DNA from: Rhodocyclaceae bacterium
GTDB lineage: Bacteria; Pseudomonadota; Gammaproteobacteria; Burkholderiales; Rhodocyclaceae
DNA: 64,000 bases
Assembly (NCBI GenBank): GCA_035505955.1
Contig: DATJQH010000137.1
Location: 2,325 to 66,324 of the forward strand
Direction of reading: 5' to 3'
Positions 1 through 12,973 of this stretch are shown here, in pieces. A program made the translations under genes and the position numbers. The notes under the pieces are model-generated. The model was not told where the DNA came from. It saw only the letters and a program-made list of their open reading frames with translations, and made no database searches. The stretch's first letter is position 1; every line of letters begins with the position of its first letter.

Positions 1-1023
<1,023 letters not shown>

Positions 1024-1151
1024 GATCGGGCTCCTGAAGTCGCGGCAACGGGAAACAGGACGGAAACGGGGTTGCTAGGCCCGTCCTGATAAACTTGCTG
1101 ATTATAGCTTTCCGCGACGCAACAGGCAATGCCGCCAGTCAATGGCCGACG

Positions 1152-2498
1152 TCAGGAGAATGCATCTGTCATCAGATTGCGCAGCCAGCCGTCGGCGTAT
1201 TCCGCCTCCATCCTGCGATAAAGGCGTGGCACCGGTATGGGTTTCTCCTTGGTGCCGAAAGTCACCGGCGAGATTCCGCTACCGTCCTTGACATAGACCC
1301 ACTGGTTGTTCTCCACGCGGAACAGGTGCACCACTGAAAATCCCCAGTCATGCGCCACGACGCTGTAGCAGGTGTTCGTGTACAGGGGTTTGGGTGCCGG
1401 CAGTCCGTTGAAGCGGGCCGCGAGGCTGGCGGCGACGACCTTTGCCTGGGAGTTGGCCATGTGCGCCGATTTCGGGAAGCCGTTGCCCGTCGACAACTCG
1501 CCGCCAACACAGGCATCGCCGATGACGAAGATGTCCTTCTGTGCCGTCGACTCCATGTTCTCGGGCTTCACGGCGCACCAAGCGCCCTTGAAGTTGGCCA
1601 GGCCGGCATCGACAGCAATCCTGCCCGCGCGATGCGGAGGAATCACGTTGATCACGTCGCACTGGATGTCGTCGAACGCCGTGTGACACGTCATGGCTTC
1701 GGCATCGACGCGTTCCACCTTGCCGCCAGCGGCCCCCCCGATCCATTCGATCATGCCATCCGACCCGTAGCCGTAGAGCGCCTTCCACGCCTGCTCGAAC
1801 AAGGGCCGCTTCGAGAAGGAGTCGTTCGCATCGAGCAGCAGGATCTTGACCTTCTTCTTGCCGTGGCTCTGACAGTACATCGCCACCTGGGCGGCGCGCT
1901 CGTACGGGCCAGGCGGACAGCGGAACGGCGCCGGCGGCACGGCGATGACCATGCGACCGCCGTCGGGCATCGCCTCGATCTGCTTCTTGAGCAGCAGCGT
2001 TTGCGGGCCCGCCTTCCAGGCGTGCGGGATGCGGCTCTCCGCCAGGTCGGCGTTGAGTCCCTGCACGGCGCCGAAGTCCAGCTCGACCCCCGGGGCCACG
2101 ACGAGCGCATCGTAACCGAAAGTGCCGCCAGTTCCCGTTGTCACGGCCTTCTTCACCGGATCGATACCGACGACTTCGTCGTGCACCACTTTGACGCCGC
2201 GTTGAGCGAGGCCGCCGTAGCCGGTTTGCAGCGTCGAGATGTCGCGTGATCCAGAAAGGACTTCGTTGGACAGCGGGCAGGACGTGTAGCGCGTGCCCCG
2301 TTCGATCAGCGTGACTTCGATGCCCGGGTCCAGCAGGCGCAGGTACCGTGCGGCCGACGCGCCGCCATAACCGCCACCAACCACCACGACGCGCGCTTTC
2401 GCTGCCACGGCGCGTGCCTGTCGGATGGTCAGGACGGCAGTCCCCGCGGCGGCCGTCACGGCCTTCAGAAACGTACGGCGATCGACGTATGGATTCAT
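1152..2498 (-). CDS. fccB: flavocytochrome c sulfide dehydrogenase, flavoprotein subunit (FccB/SoxF-like)
   Basis: Twin-arginine signal (DRRTFLKAV) and FAD fold VVVVGGGYGGASAARY. Family-typical FRCPPGPYERA segment. Sits directly downstream of a dihaem cytochrome c gene. The ATG at 2496-2498 is preceded by AGGAGG; the tracked start at 2504 is a TTG two codons upstream. Confidence 0.8.
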   Translation of the reverse strand: MNPYVDRRTFLKAVTAAAGTAVLTIRQARAVAAKARVVVVGGGYGGASAARYLRLLDPGIEVTLIERGTRYTSCPLSNEVLSGSRDISTLQTGYGGLAQRGVKVVHDEVVGIDPVKKAVTTGTGGTFGYDALVVAPGVELDFGAVQGLNADLAESRIPHAWKAGPQTLLLKKQIEAMPDGGRMVIAVPPAPFRCPPGPYERAAQVAMYCQSHGKKKVKILLLDANDSFSKRPLFEQAWKALYGYGSDGMIEWIGGAAGGKVERVDAEAMTCHTAFDDIQCDVINVIPPHRAGRIAVDAGLANFKGAWCAVKPENMESTAQKDIFVIGDACVGGELSTGNGFPKSAHMANSQAKVVAASLAARFNGLPAPKPLYTNTCYSVVAHDWGFSVVHLFRVENNQWVYVKDGSGISPVTFGTKEKPIPVPRLYRRMEAEYADGWLRNLMTDAFS

Positions 2499-2510
2499 TG
2501 CCAAACCTCC

Positions 2511-3086
2511 TTACCTGGACTGGGCGCCGAAATAGCGGGCGGCAGCCGAAACGTCAGCGGGCTTCATCTCGTTTGCCGCCCGCCGCATCTTCCGGTGCGG
2601 CATCTTGAAATCCGCGCTGCGGAACTTCTCGAGTTCCAGCTCCATGTACCTCGACCATTGGCCGTTGATGCGCGGCGCGTCGACATCGGGGTCGTTCCCG
2701 CTGATGCCGTGACAATCCTCGCAGGATTCGGACACGGCCGACCTGCCCTTCTGCATCACGTCCGCCGGAGCACGCTGCGGCGCCGGCACCCAGGGCTGCC
2801 TGGAGAAATAACCGGCCAGTGCGTCGAGCTCATCGTCGCTGAAGCCCTTGACGATGCGGTTCATCGTGACGCCGACGCGTTCATCGTACTTCCACTGCTT
2901 CATGATCCTGGCCAGGTAGTCGCGCGGCAGGCCGCCGATCGATGGCATCGACGGCCCGGCACTGACGCCGCCGACGCCGTGGCAACCGTTGCAGGTGCGC
3001 GCCAGTACCTCGATGTTGTTGTCGTGCGCGGCAGCGCCGCCGACCAGGCCGGCGGTGACAAGCGCGATAAGGGATGTCTTCGACAT
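2511..3086 (-). CDS. fccA: dihaem cytochrome c subunit of flavocytochrome c sulfide dehydrogenase (FccA/SoxE-like)
   Basis: Signal peptide MSKTSLIALVTAGLVGGAAA. Two CXXCH motifs (CNGCH, CEDCH). Adjacent to fccB. The ATG at 3084-3086 has a GGAG 8 nt upstream. Alternative ATGs at 3098 and 3101 would overlap the upstream stop codon. Confidence 0.75.
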   Translation of the reverse strand: MSKTSLIALVTAGLVGGAAAHDNNIEVLARTCNGCHGVGGVSAGPSMPSIGGLPRDYLARIMKQWKYDERVGVTMNRIVKGFSDDELDALAGYFSRQPWVPAPQRAPADVMQKGRSAVSESCEDCHGISGNDPDVDAPRINGQWSRYMELELEKFRSADFKMPHRKMRRAANEMKPADVSAAARYFGAQSR

Positions 3087-3097
3087 GATTTTCTCCA

Positions 3098-5038
3098 TCA
3101 ATGCAGCGTGGCGCGCCCGAACAGCACGAGGGTCAGCAAAGTCAGGCCGGCGATGATCAGCACGCTGGCGAGGAAGGACGCCGCGAGATCGGCGCGTCGC
3201 GAGGGCCGGCGGACCAGATGCTTCTCCAGTTCACCGATCGCAACCAGACGTTCATATTCCAGCCGGTGGTCGTGCTTGAATTCCTCGATCGGAATTTTCC
3301 CCGTGAATATCGTCGTGCTCATCGGGAAGCGTTCCGGCCGGAAGTGCACGTTGAAGAAATGCACGGTGTTCAGGAACACTGCCGCCAGCACCGCTTCCTC
3401 TGCATGCACGAGCGTGGCGATGTTGAACACCCATCCCGGCAACAAAGCGGCCGTCTTCTCGGGGAAGAAGAGGATCAGACCCGACGTGCCGATGATCGTG
3501 GCGCCCCAGAACGGCGCCCAGTAGTCGAAGCGCTGCCAGTAAGTCCAGTGGCAAAACTCGGGCCGCTCGGCACGACCGAAGAACCAGAGGAACATGTTCT
3601 TCATGTCACGCAGGTCGTTCCAGCTCGGAATCATCGAAGTACCGCCGAACCAGTTGAAGGTCCTGCGCCTCTTCCAGATGTTGGCCGCAACGATGACCAG
3701 GTGGATGACGAAGATCGACAGCCAGGTGACCGCCGCCGTGCGGTGGATGATGCCCTCCATCTTCGGCCCCCCCAGGAACTCGACGACCGCCTTGGCCCAG
3801 GCCGTATGCGGGAACAGGAGCGACGTGCCGGTGAGCACCAGCACCATGGTCGCAATCGCGAACAAGGCGTGGATCCAGCGCCACACCGGCGTGAAACGGC
3901 GGAAGTACACGATATCGGGCTGGTCGAGGTTCTCGCGGAAGCCCTTGCCGCGCATGCGGTCCATCACTTCCCGGTACAGCCACAAGAGCACATGCACCCA
4001 GAAGAAAATCATCACACTAAGGATCAGTGCCTGCATGAACTGCTTGGCCCAATACAACCATGGGTATTTCTTCTGGTTGTCCGGGTTGCCGTGCGGCTGG
4101 AATTGAAGGAAGCTCTCGCTCGCCTGCTTGTGGCAGTTGCGGCAGTTCTGCAGGCGATTGGCCACATTGACGTGTGAGGTCGGGTCGTCCTCCTTCTGGA
4201 TGTCGTGACTGCCGTGGCAGTCGAAGCACTTGGCCGTGTTGGTGTAGCCGAGGCGGTTCACCTGGCCGTGATACGAAGCGAAGTAGGTCCGCTGCGCATC
4301 CTCGTGGCAGCTGCCGCAGTTGCGGGTAATCGCCAGTTTCATCGAATCGGCTTTCGGCGAGCCGATGTCGTGGGTCGTATGGCAATCCGAGCAGACCGCC
4401 GATTTCTCGTCCTGCTTGTCCACAATGGCCTTGCCGTGGACCGAAGCGATGTAGGCTTTCTTCTCCTTCTCGTGGCAGCGGCCACAGACTTCGAAGTTCT
4501 TCAGCCGATGCTCCTTGCGCTGCGCAGCACCCGGTACGCCGATGTTGTGGGCGTCGTGGCAATCGTGGCAGGCCGCATTGACGCGCGCCTGGTTCTTCGC
4601 GTTCGGTTTGGCGTGCACCGAGTGCATGTAGTTGTCGGTCTGCTGGACGACGACATCCAGGCGTTCGCGCGCCTTCGGATCGGAATCCTTCTGCGCAGCT
4701 TCCCATTTCTGCCTGTGGCATTCGACGCAACCGATGGCCCCGGCAAGCGGCTTCTTGTGCGGCAGCTTGGTGACGTCCCGGTGGCAACCGGTGCAGGGCA
4801 TCTTGCCGTGCACGCTCGCTTCCAGCACGCCGGTGTCGACGAAGATGTCGCGACGGGTGCCATCGCGATGGATCACCGTCTTCTCGTCCTGATCGGCATG
4901 GCAGCGCAGGCAGCGCTTGTTGGCGATCGGCGCCGCCGCAGCGACTTCCTCCGGTGATACCGAAGCTCCCGCTGAACTCGCCGCGAACAAGGCGAGCACC
5001 CACAACCCCGCGAACACACCCCTGGCATGTCGTGCCAT
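3098..5038 (-). CDS. nine-haem c-type cytochrome fused to a C-terminal multi-TM b-type cytochrome domain (CbcL-like quinone-pool oxidoreductase architecture)
   Basis: Signal peptide plus nine CXXCH motifs (CLRCH, CTGCH, CVECH, CHDCH, CGRCH, CSDCH, CGSCH, CFDCH, CRNCH). About six hydrophobic helices follow, carrying His residues (WIHALFAI, IIHRTAAV..VIHLVIV, TLVHAEE..NTVHFFNVHF). GAGGAG RBS before the ATG at 5038. Confidence 0.8.
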   Translation of the reverse strand: MARHARGVFAGLWVLALFAASSAGASVSPEEVAAAAPIANKRCLRCHADQDEKTVIHRDGTRRDIFVDTGVLEASVHGKMPCTGCHRDVTKLPHKKPLAGAIGCVECHRQKWEAAQKDSDPKARERLDVVVQQTDNYMHSVHAKPNAKNQARVNAACHDCHDAHNIGVPGAAQRKEHRLKNFEVCGRCHEKEKKAYIASVHGKAIVDKQDEKSAVCSDCHTTHDIGSPKADSMKLAITRNCGSCHEDAQRTYFASYHGQVNRLGYTNTAKCFDCHGSHDIQKEDDPTSHVNVANRLQNCRNCHKQASESFLQFQPHGNPDNQKKYPWLYWAKQFMQALILSVMIFFWVHVLLWLYREVMDRMRGKGFRENLDQPDIVYFRRFTPVWRWIHALFAIATMVLVLTGTSLLFPHTAWAKAVVEFLGGPKMEGIIHRTAAVTWLSIFVIHLVIVAANIWKRRRTFNWFGGTSMIPSWNDLRDMKNMFLWFFGRAERPEFCHWTYWQRFDYWAPFWGATIIGTSGLILFFPEKTAALLPGWVFNIATLVHAEEAVLAAVFLNTVHFFNVHFRPERFPMSTTIFTGKIPIEEFKHDHRLEYERLVAIGELEKHLVRRPSRRADLAASFLASVLIIAGLTLLTLVLFGRATLH

Positions 5039-5126
5039 TTTGAATTCTCCTCAGTGTCCCCCCTGCTCCGTACCGGCCATTTGCTGGCCGGACATCGTCT
5101 TGTTCGGGTTATTAAGTAAAGCTTGC

Positions 5127-5142
5127 AGCAATGGTCATGCCC
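5127..5142 (-). promoter_or_regulatory. sigma-54 (-24/-12) promoter for the cytochrome-fccAB operon
   Basis: The minus strand reads GGGCATGACCATTGCT, which is GG-N10-GC with TTGC at -12 (consensus TGGCAC-N5-TTGCW). It lies about 90 nt upstream of the start at 5038, and a divergent sigma-54 activator gene is adjacent. Confidence 0.65.
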
Positions 5143-5224
5143 GTGCATCGCGTGGCACGCATCCAGTTGTTTTTTTGCCCGTTTTGCGATTTCTTGGTTG
5201 CATGGGCCCGCAAGGACACCGCCC

Positions 5225-5248
5225 GATAGTGCCGTGCGCGGCACTATC
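5225..5248. promoter_or_regulatory. perfect inverted repeat GATAGTGCCG-N4-CGGCACTATC; candidate enhancer (UAS) for the adjacent sigma-54 activator
   Basis: Read directly from the sequence: 10-bp arms and a 4-bp spacer. It sits about 85-105 bp upstream of the -24 element, a typical EBP distance, and lies between the divergent genes. Confidence 0.55.
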
Positions 5249-5278
5249 AAAATGCCATCCATGGCACAATGGATATCC

Positions 5279-7395
<2,117 letters not shown>

Positions 7396-7794
7396 CTACT
7401 TTTGAGGTTCGCCGGCGGGCGCGATGTCGATGACCCGGCTGGCCGGCTTGGCCGGGGTTTCCGTGCCGACCGGCGGCAGCGCCGCCTGGACGTCGCCGCC
7501 GACACGCGCGAGCTTGCCGTTTTCGAAGAAGACGACGAGATGGCGCTGCTCGACATCGTCGGGATGTCGTCCGGGCCGAAACCGATACAAGTAGTCCCAG
7601 CGATCGCCATGGAACATGTCGGCGACCAGCGGCGTGCCGAGGATGAAGCGGACCTGGTCCTTGGTCAGCCCGGCCTTGAGCTGTGACGCCATCTCCTGCG
7701 TCACCATGTTGCCCTGACGAATGTCGAGCTTGTACACGGGACTCGCACAGGCGGCGAGCAGGGAAAGCGGAAGGAGGTAGCGCAGACGCATCAT
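7396..7794 (-). CDS. bamE: outer membrane protein assembly factor BamE (SmpA/OmlA lipoprotein)
   Basis: Lipobox LSLLAACA followed by YKLDIRQGNMVTQEM..GLTKDQVRFILGTPL. Start taken at MMRLRYLL rather than the tracked 7839. Confidence 0.8.
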   Translation of the reverse strand: MMRLRYLLPLSLLAACASPVYKLDIRQGNMVTQEMASQLKAGLTKDQVRFILGTPLVADMFHGDRWDYLYRFRPGRHPDDVEQRHLVVFFENGKLARVGGDVQAALPPVGTETPAKPASRVIDIAPAGEPQK

Positions 7795-7837
7795 GATCGC
7801 AAAACTATAGCATGGGCTCCGGCGCCGACCGACCGCC

Positions 7838-7865
7838 AAGAGTCAGCCCCCGTGGTGCGCCAAGC
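7838..7865 (+). repeat. dispersed word copy A: AAGAGTCAGCCCCCGTGGTGCGCCAAGC (intergenic, between recN stop and bamE start)
   Basis: Matches AGTCAG-N10-RCGCC with extended flanks. Confidence 0.7.
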
Positions 7866-7874
7866 TGCGTCGGG

Positions 7875-9530
7875 TCAGCGCGTTGAGAGCATCTCGCGGG
7901 CGTGGCGGCGGGTCGTGTCGGTGATCCTCACGCCGCCAAGCATGCGCGCCACTTCCTCCACGCGCATGTCGGCATCGAGCACCCTGACGCGGCTGACCGT
8001 GTTGCCATCCGCGGTCTCCTTGGCGATCGACCAGTGCCAGTCCGCCTGCGCGGCCACCTGCGGCAAGTGCGTCACGCACAGCACCTGCCGCTGCCGGCCG
8101 AGTCGCGCCAGCATCTTGCCGACGATCTCCGCCACGCGCCCGCCGATACCGACATCCACCTCGTCGAAAATCAGCGTCGGGGCAATTCCGGCGGTGCTGG
8201 CGATGACCTGGATGGCGAGGCCGATGCGCGACAGCTCGCCGCCTGACGCCACCTTGGCAAGCGGACGCAGCGGCTGGCCCGGATTGGCCGTGACGAGAAA
8301 GGCGACGTCCTCGAGGCCGTGTGCCGCGCCTTCCGGCAGCGCCTCGAGCGCGATTTCGAACCGGCCGCCGACCATCGCCAGCTGCTGCATGCCTTCGGTC
8401 ACCGCGGCGGAAAGCTCCGCCGCGCCCTTCTTGCGCACAGCAGAAAGCTTTTGCGCCACCTTGAGGTACGCGGTTTGCGCAGCGCGCTCCCTCTCGGCCA
8501 ATGCCGCCGGATCGGCTGCCAGCGCCAGTTCGTCGAGCCGCGCCGAGAGTCGCGCCAGCATTTCGGGCAACTCGTCCGGCGTCACGCGATGCTTGCGCGC
8601 AGCCGAGGTCACGGCCTGGATGCGCGCCTCCAGTTCCGCCAACCGCCCCGGCTCAAGATCGAGTCGCTCACGATAGCGCGACAAGGCGTGCGTCGCCTCA
8701 CCCAGCTGGATGCGGGCGGCGTCGAGAAGTTCAGCGGGTTCCCGCAACGCCTCGTCGTAGTCGAGCAGCGGCCTCAGCCGTGCAGCTGCATCGTCGATCT
8801 GCGTCGACACGGCCGTCTCGTCCTCGTCGAGGAGCGCCAGCGCCGCCGTGGCGCCTTCCAGCAGGGCCGCTGCGTGAGCAAGGCGCCGCTGTTCCTGGTT
8901 GTCCTCCGCCCAGCCCCGCGCATCGAAGGCCAGCGTGCGCAGTTCCTGTACCTGCCAGTCGAGCGTTTCCTTTTCGCGCGCCATGGCCGACACGTCCTGC
9001 TCGGCCCGCTCGCGCGCCTCGCGCAGGTGCCGCCAGGCGCGAAATTTCTCGGCCGTCTCGACGGCAAGCTGCGTAGCGCCGATCTGGCTGTCAAGCAGCA
9101 CGCGCTGCGCATCGCCGCGCAAGAGCGCATGGTAGGCGTGCTGGCCGTGGATGTCGGCGAGGAATTCTCCGGCCTGACGAAGCTGCGTCAACGTTGCCGG
9201 CGAGCCATTGATCGTCGCACGCGAACGCCCGCCGGCGTCGACAATCCGCCGCATGAGGCACGCGCCATCGGCATCGAAGTCGCTGGCGCGCAGCCAGGCG
9301 CCAAGCGCACCGCCCGCTTCGACATCGAACTCGGCCGACACTTCGGCCCGCTCGGCTCCGGCACGCAGGATGGTGGCGTCCGCCCGCTCGCCCAGCGCCA
9401 GCGCCAGCGCGTCGACGAGGATGGACTTGCCGGCGCCGGTTTCGCCCGTCAGGGCGCCGAAGCCGCTCGCAAAATCGAGCTCGAGGCGGTCGACGATGAC
9501 AAAGTCGCGGATGAAGAGTCGGCGCAGCAT
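7875..9530 (-). CDS. recN: DNA repair protein RecN
   Basis: N-terminal Walker A GETGAGKSI, a long coiled-coil middle region, and a C-terminal SGGELSRI signature plus FDEVDVGIGG. Confidence 0.9.
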   Translation of the reverse strand: MLRRLFIRDFVIVDRLELDFASGFGALTGETGAGKSILVDALALALGERADATILRAGAERAEVSAEFDVEAGGALGAWLRASDFDADGACLMRRIVDAGGRSRATINGSPATLTQLRQAGEFLADIHGQHAYHALLRGDAQRVLLDSQIGATQLAVETAEKFRAWRHLREARERAEQDVSAMAREKETLDWQVQELRTLAFDARGWAEDNQEQRRLAHAAALLEGATAALALLDEDETAVSTQIDDAAARLRPLLDYDEALREPAELLDAARIQLGEATHALSRYRERLDLEPGRLAELEARIQAVTSAARKHRVTPDELPEMLARLSARLDELALAADPAALAERERAAQTAYLKVAQKLSAVRKKGAAELSAAVTEGMQQLAMVGGRFEIALEALPEGAAHGLEDVAFLVTANPGQPLRPLAKVASGGELSRIGLAIQVIASTAGIAPTLIFDEVDVGIGGRVAEIVGKMLARLGRQRQVLCVTHLPQVAAQADWHWSIAKETADGNTVSRVRVLDADMRVEEVARMLGGVRITDTTRRHAREMLSTR

Positions 9531-9534
9531 GGCG

Positions 9535-10425
9535 TCAGTGCTTGGGCGCCTCGCTCCAGTGCAGCTTGCCGCGCAGCATGGCGTAGTAGCTGTAGCCGGG
9601 CGGATGCAGCAACGTCACCGTCAGCGGCGAGCGGACGACGCGCAGCCGGTCGCCGGCGCGGACATCGTAGCGCTCCACCGCATCGAAGTGCACCCGGGCG
9701 TCGTGTGTCGAAATCAGGGTCACTTCGACCGTGCAATCGTCGCTGATGGTGATCGGCCTGTTCGACAGCGCGTGCGGACACAACGGCACGAGGCCGATTC
9801 CGGCCACCATGGGATGCAGGATCGGACCGTTGGCCGAAAGGGAGTAGGCCGTCGAACCCGTCGGGGTAGCAACGATCAGGCCGTCGGCGCGCAGCAGATA
9901 CAGGAACTCGCCGTCGACTTCGACCTTCATCTCGATCATGCGGCCGAGATCGCCCTTGTTCACCACGACCTCATTGAACGCCGGGCTGCCGCACAAGCGC
10001 ACGCCATCACGCCAGATCTCGCCCTCCAGCAGTACGCGCCGGTCGGCCGCGAACCGCCCCGCCAGGAGATCGCCAATGCCGGTCAGCATTTCGTTGTGGG
10101 CGATGTCGGTCATGAAGCCGAGCCGCCCCTGGTTTACGCCGGCCAGGGGCACGCCGAACGCGGCCAATTGTCGCGCCGCATACAGCATGGTGCCATCCCC
10201 GCCCATCACGATGGCCACATCGGCCTCGCCGCCCATGGTCTCGTAGCTGGCCGCGGCGGCGCCGGCCGTGCCGATCTGCCGGGCAAGCTCTTCCTCCACC
10301 AGCAGCCGCACGCCACGGGCGCGCAGGAGATCGGCCAGAAGGGGCAGCGCGGCCGCCACTTCTGGGCTGTGGTACTTGCCGATTACTGCGGCAGTTCGTA
10401 TTGGCTTTGTGAACGGTGTGGTCAT
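9535..10425 (-). CDS. nadK: NAD kinase
   Basis: GGDGTML motif, NRGRLGF-type NQGRLGFMTD motif, and ATPTGSTAYSLSANGPI. Confidence 0.9.
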   Translation of the reverse strand: MTTPFTKPIRTAAVIGKYHSPEVAAALPLLADLLRARGVRLLVEEELARQIGTAGAAAASYETMGGEADVAIVMGGDGTMLYAARQLAAFGVPLAGVNQGRLGFMTDIAHNEMLTGIGDLLAGRFAADRRVLLEGEIWRDGVRLCGSPAFNEVVVNKGDLGRMIEMKVEVDGEFLYLLRADGLIVATPTGSTAYSLSANGPILHPMVAGIGLVPLCPHALSNRPITISDDCTVEVTLISTHDARVHFDAVERYDVRAGDRLRVVRSPLTVTLLHPPGYSYYAMLRGKLHWSEAPKH

Positions 10426-10469
10426 GGTTTTTGATTAAACCATATCTTGTTTCCCGCTAAAATCGCCAT

Positions 10470-11489
10470 ATGCTCGATCGTCGTGCCCAGTCCTTGCTCA
10501 AGACCCTGATCGAACGGTACATCGTCGAAGGACAACCGGTCGGTTCGCGCACCCTTTCGCGCCATTCCGGGCTCGAACTTTCGCCCGCCACGATCCGCAA
10601 TGTCATGTCGGATCTGGAGGAACTGGGCTTCATCGCCAGCCCGCACACGTCTGCCGGCAGGATACCGACACCCAAGGGCTACCGGCTGTTCGTGGATACA
10701 TTGCTCACGGTACAGCCCCTGGGACGCCATCAGATATCGGAAATTCGCGAGGCAATCCAGCCCGACCAGCCCCAGCGGCTGATCAGCCATGCCTCGCAAT
10801 TGCTCTCGGAACTGACCCATTTCGCCGGCGTCGTCGTGGCGCCGCGACGGCAGTTGCCGCGCATCAGGCAGATCGAGTTCCTCAGTCTCTCGGACACGCG
10901 CATCCTGCTCATCATCGTCACCAGCGAAGGGGACGTGCAGAACCGGATCCTCTTCACGCAGCGCCGCTATACGCAGGCCGAGCTCGCGACGGCGGCAAAC
11001 ATCCTGACCGAGCATTTCGCAGGCCTCGACTTCCAGCAGATCCGCCTGCGCCTTCAGGACGAACTGAAACAACTGCGTTCCGACATGGTCGAGCTGATGA
11101 GCGCCGCGGTCGAGGCGGGAAGCGAGGCGGTTGCGGATGCGGGCGCACAGTACGTGATCAGCGGCGAGCGGAACCTGCTCGGCGTCGAGGACCTGTCGTC
11201 GAACATGGACCGCCTGCGCCGCCTGTTCGACCTCTTCGAGCGGAAGACCGGGCTCATGGAACTCCTCGACCTGTCGAGCCGGGCCGACGGCGTGCAAGTT
11301 TTCATCGGCGGCGAATCCGGCATTGCCTCGCTGGACGAATGCAGCGTCGTTGCCGCACCGTACGAGGTCGATGGCGAAGTAATCGGGACGATCGGCGTCA
11401 TCGGGCCCACGCGCATGGCCTACGAGCGCGTGATCCCGATCGTGGACATCACGGCAAGACTCCTGGCCAGCGCCCTGTCGGCTCCGTGA
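10470..11489 (+). CDS. hrcA: heat-inducible transcription repressor HrcA
   Basis: [30 protein letters not shown] winged-helix N-terminus and [26 protein letters not shown]-terminal motifs. Confidence 0.9.
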   Translation: MLDRRAQSLLKTLIERYIVEGQPVGSRTLSRHSGLELSPATIRNVMSDLEELGFIASPHTSAGRIPTPKGYRLFVDTLLTVQPLGRHQISEIREAIQPDQPQRLISHASQLLSELTHFAGVVVAPRRQLPRIRQIEFLSLSDTRILLIIVTSEGDVQNRILFTQRRYTQAELATAANILTEHFAGLDFQQIRLRLQDELKQLRSDMVELMSAAVEAGSEAVADAGAQYVISGERNLLGVEDLSSNMDRLRRLFDLFERKTGLMELLDLSSRADGVQVFIGGESGIASLDECSVVAAPYEVDGEVIGTIGVIGPTRMAYERVIPIVDITARLLASALSAP

Positions 11490-12460
11490 GCACCGCCATC
11501 CTGCTGGTCAACCTCGGCACGCCGGAAGCGCCCACGGCGGCGGCGCTGAGGATCTACCTCGCCGAATTCCTCGCCGACCGTCGAGTCGTGGATCTGCCGC
11601 GCGCAATCTGGTGGCCGGTCCTGCACGGCATCGTCCTGCGCACGCGCCCCGAAAAGTCGGCCGCCAAGTACGCGCGCATCTGGACGCGCGACGGCTCGCC
11701 GCTCCGGCTGCACACCGAGCGGCAAGCCAAGCTCGTCAAGGGCCTGCTCGGTCACCACGGCTACCAGGACATCACTGCAACGTGGGCCATGCGCTACGGC
11801 CAGCCATCGATCGCCTCGGTACTCGACGGACTTGCAGGCAGCGGAGTGCGCCAGGTACTCGTCCTGCCGCTCTATCCCCAATACGCGGGCAGCAGCACGG
11901 GCAGCACCGAGGATGCCCTTGCCGCGTGGCAGCGTCGCCATCCCGACGGGCCGGCAATCCTGACGGTACGCGATTATCACGACCACTCCGGTTACATCTC
12001 CGTCCTCGCGCAGACCGTGCGCGACCACTGGATGGCCCATGGCCGCGCCGAGCAACTCGTAATGAGCTTCCATGGCATACCGACACGCGCCGTGCGTCGC
12101 GGCGATCCCTATGCCGACCAATGTCGGCGCACCGCGGAACTGCTTGCCACGGACCTCAACCTGCCCCGGGACACGTGGCAGATGACCTTCCAGTCGCGCT
12201 TTGGCGCCGCCGAGTGGCTGCAACCCTACACGCAGCCGACACTCGAACGCCTGGCACGCCAGGGCATAAGGCGGGTGGACGTGATCTGTCCAGGCTTTGC
12301 AGGCGACTGCCTGGAAACCCTCGAAGAGATCGGCATCGAATGCCGCGACGCCTACCTCGCCGCCGGCGGCCGCGAGTTCCGCTACATCCCCTGCCTCAAC
12401 GAACGGCCGGACTGGATTGCGGCTCTGACGGACGTCGCGCTCAAGCGCCTGGGCGCCTGA
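11486..12460 (+). CDS. hemH: ferrochelatase
   Basis: [20 protein letters not shown], and SFHGIP..GDPY motifs. GTG start overlaps the hrcA stop (GTGA). The tracked start at 11339 lies inside hrcA. Confidence 0.85.
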   Translation: MSTAILLVNLGTPEAPTAAALRIYLAEFLADRRVVDLPRAIWWPVLHGIVLRTRPEKSAAKYARIWTRDGSPLRLHTERQAKLVKGLLGHHGYQDITATWAMRYGQPSIASVLDGLAGSGVRQVLVLPLYPQYAGSSTGSTEDALAAWQRRHPDGPAILTVRDYHDHSGYISVLAQTVRDHWMAHGRAEQLVMSFHGIPTRAVRRGDPYADQCRRTAELLATDLNLPRDTWQMTFQSRFGAAEWLQPYTQPTLERLARQGIRRVDVICPGFAGDCLETLEEIGIECRDAYLAAGGREFRYIPCLNERPDWIAALTDVALKRLGA

Positions 12461-12472
12461 GCCGGCACTGCC

Positions 12473-12811
12473 TCAACGATCCCAGTGGAACGTGTGCAAC
12501 ACACGGTGCAAGACCGGCGTGACGATGATGGCTGCCGTAACGATGAACACGAGTCCCGCATACAGCGCATAGGCGCCGGCGAACAGCTTGCCTGCGTCGG
12601 TTTGTGGAGCGTTGACCGGGCCCATGCCGCCGAGCAGCATGGCGGCGTTCAGGAACGCGTCAAGCCAGCCAAAGCCCTCGGTCACCACGTACCCGATCAT
12701 GCCAATGGCAAGCGAGATCGACAGAAACACCATGGCGACAGCGACATGACCTGCAACACGCCGTACAAAACTGCCCCGCGATACCGGTGGTTGCCTACTG
12801 GATTCGTACAC
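12473..12811 (-). CDS. small two-TM membrane protein with an ion-channel-pore-like layout (function unknown)
   Basis: Two hydrophobic helices flank WLDAFLNAAMLLGGMGPV, giving a TM / pore-helix-like / TM arrangement. GTG start; the start position is uncertain. Confidence 0.5.
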   Translation of the reverse strand: MYESSRQPPVSRGSFVRRVAGHVAVAMVFLSISLAIGMIGYVVTEGFGWLDAFLNAAMLLGGMGPVNAPQTDAGKLFAGAYALYAGLVFIVTAAIIVTPVLHRVLHTFHWDR

Positions 12812-12973
12812 AATTGTGCGGCTTCGAGTCGTCTATCTGCAACAATGTAGCGCAAGCGCGGCGGTCGAAAACGTTTCATGCGCGCGGCCACATAACTTTC
12901 GCGATATAGTCTCACTGCTAAGATGGTTGCGGTCAATTGCTCGGTTGATGACCGCCCCAAGAGGGAGAAAGCT

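Noticed and set aside
5150-5165. TGGCAC motif on the plus strand (GTGGCACGCATCC) as a sigma-54 promoter for the activator gene
   Set aside because: No TTGC element lies at the required N5 spacing downstream.
8319-9746. 475-aa plus-strand ORF opposite recN and nadK
   Set aside because: It is antisense to two well-supported genes. The sequence is low-complexity and Arg/Ala-rich, with no recognisable motif.
10426-10469. CIRCE operator (TTAGCACTC-N9-GAGTGCTAA) upstream of hrcA, grpE or dnaK
   Set aside because: I could not find the inverted repeat in any of the three upstream regions. grpE and dnaK instead carry good sigma-32 promoters. groESL, the usual CIRCE target, is not in the window.
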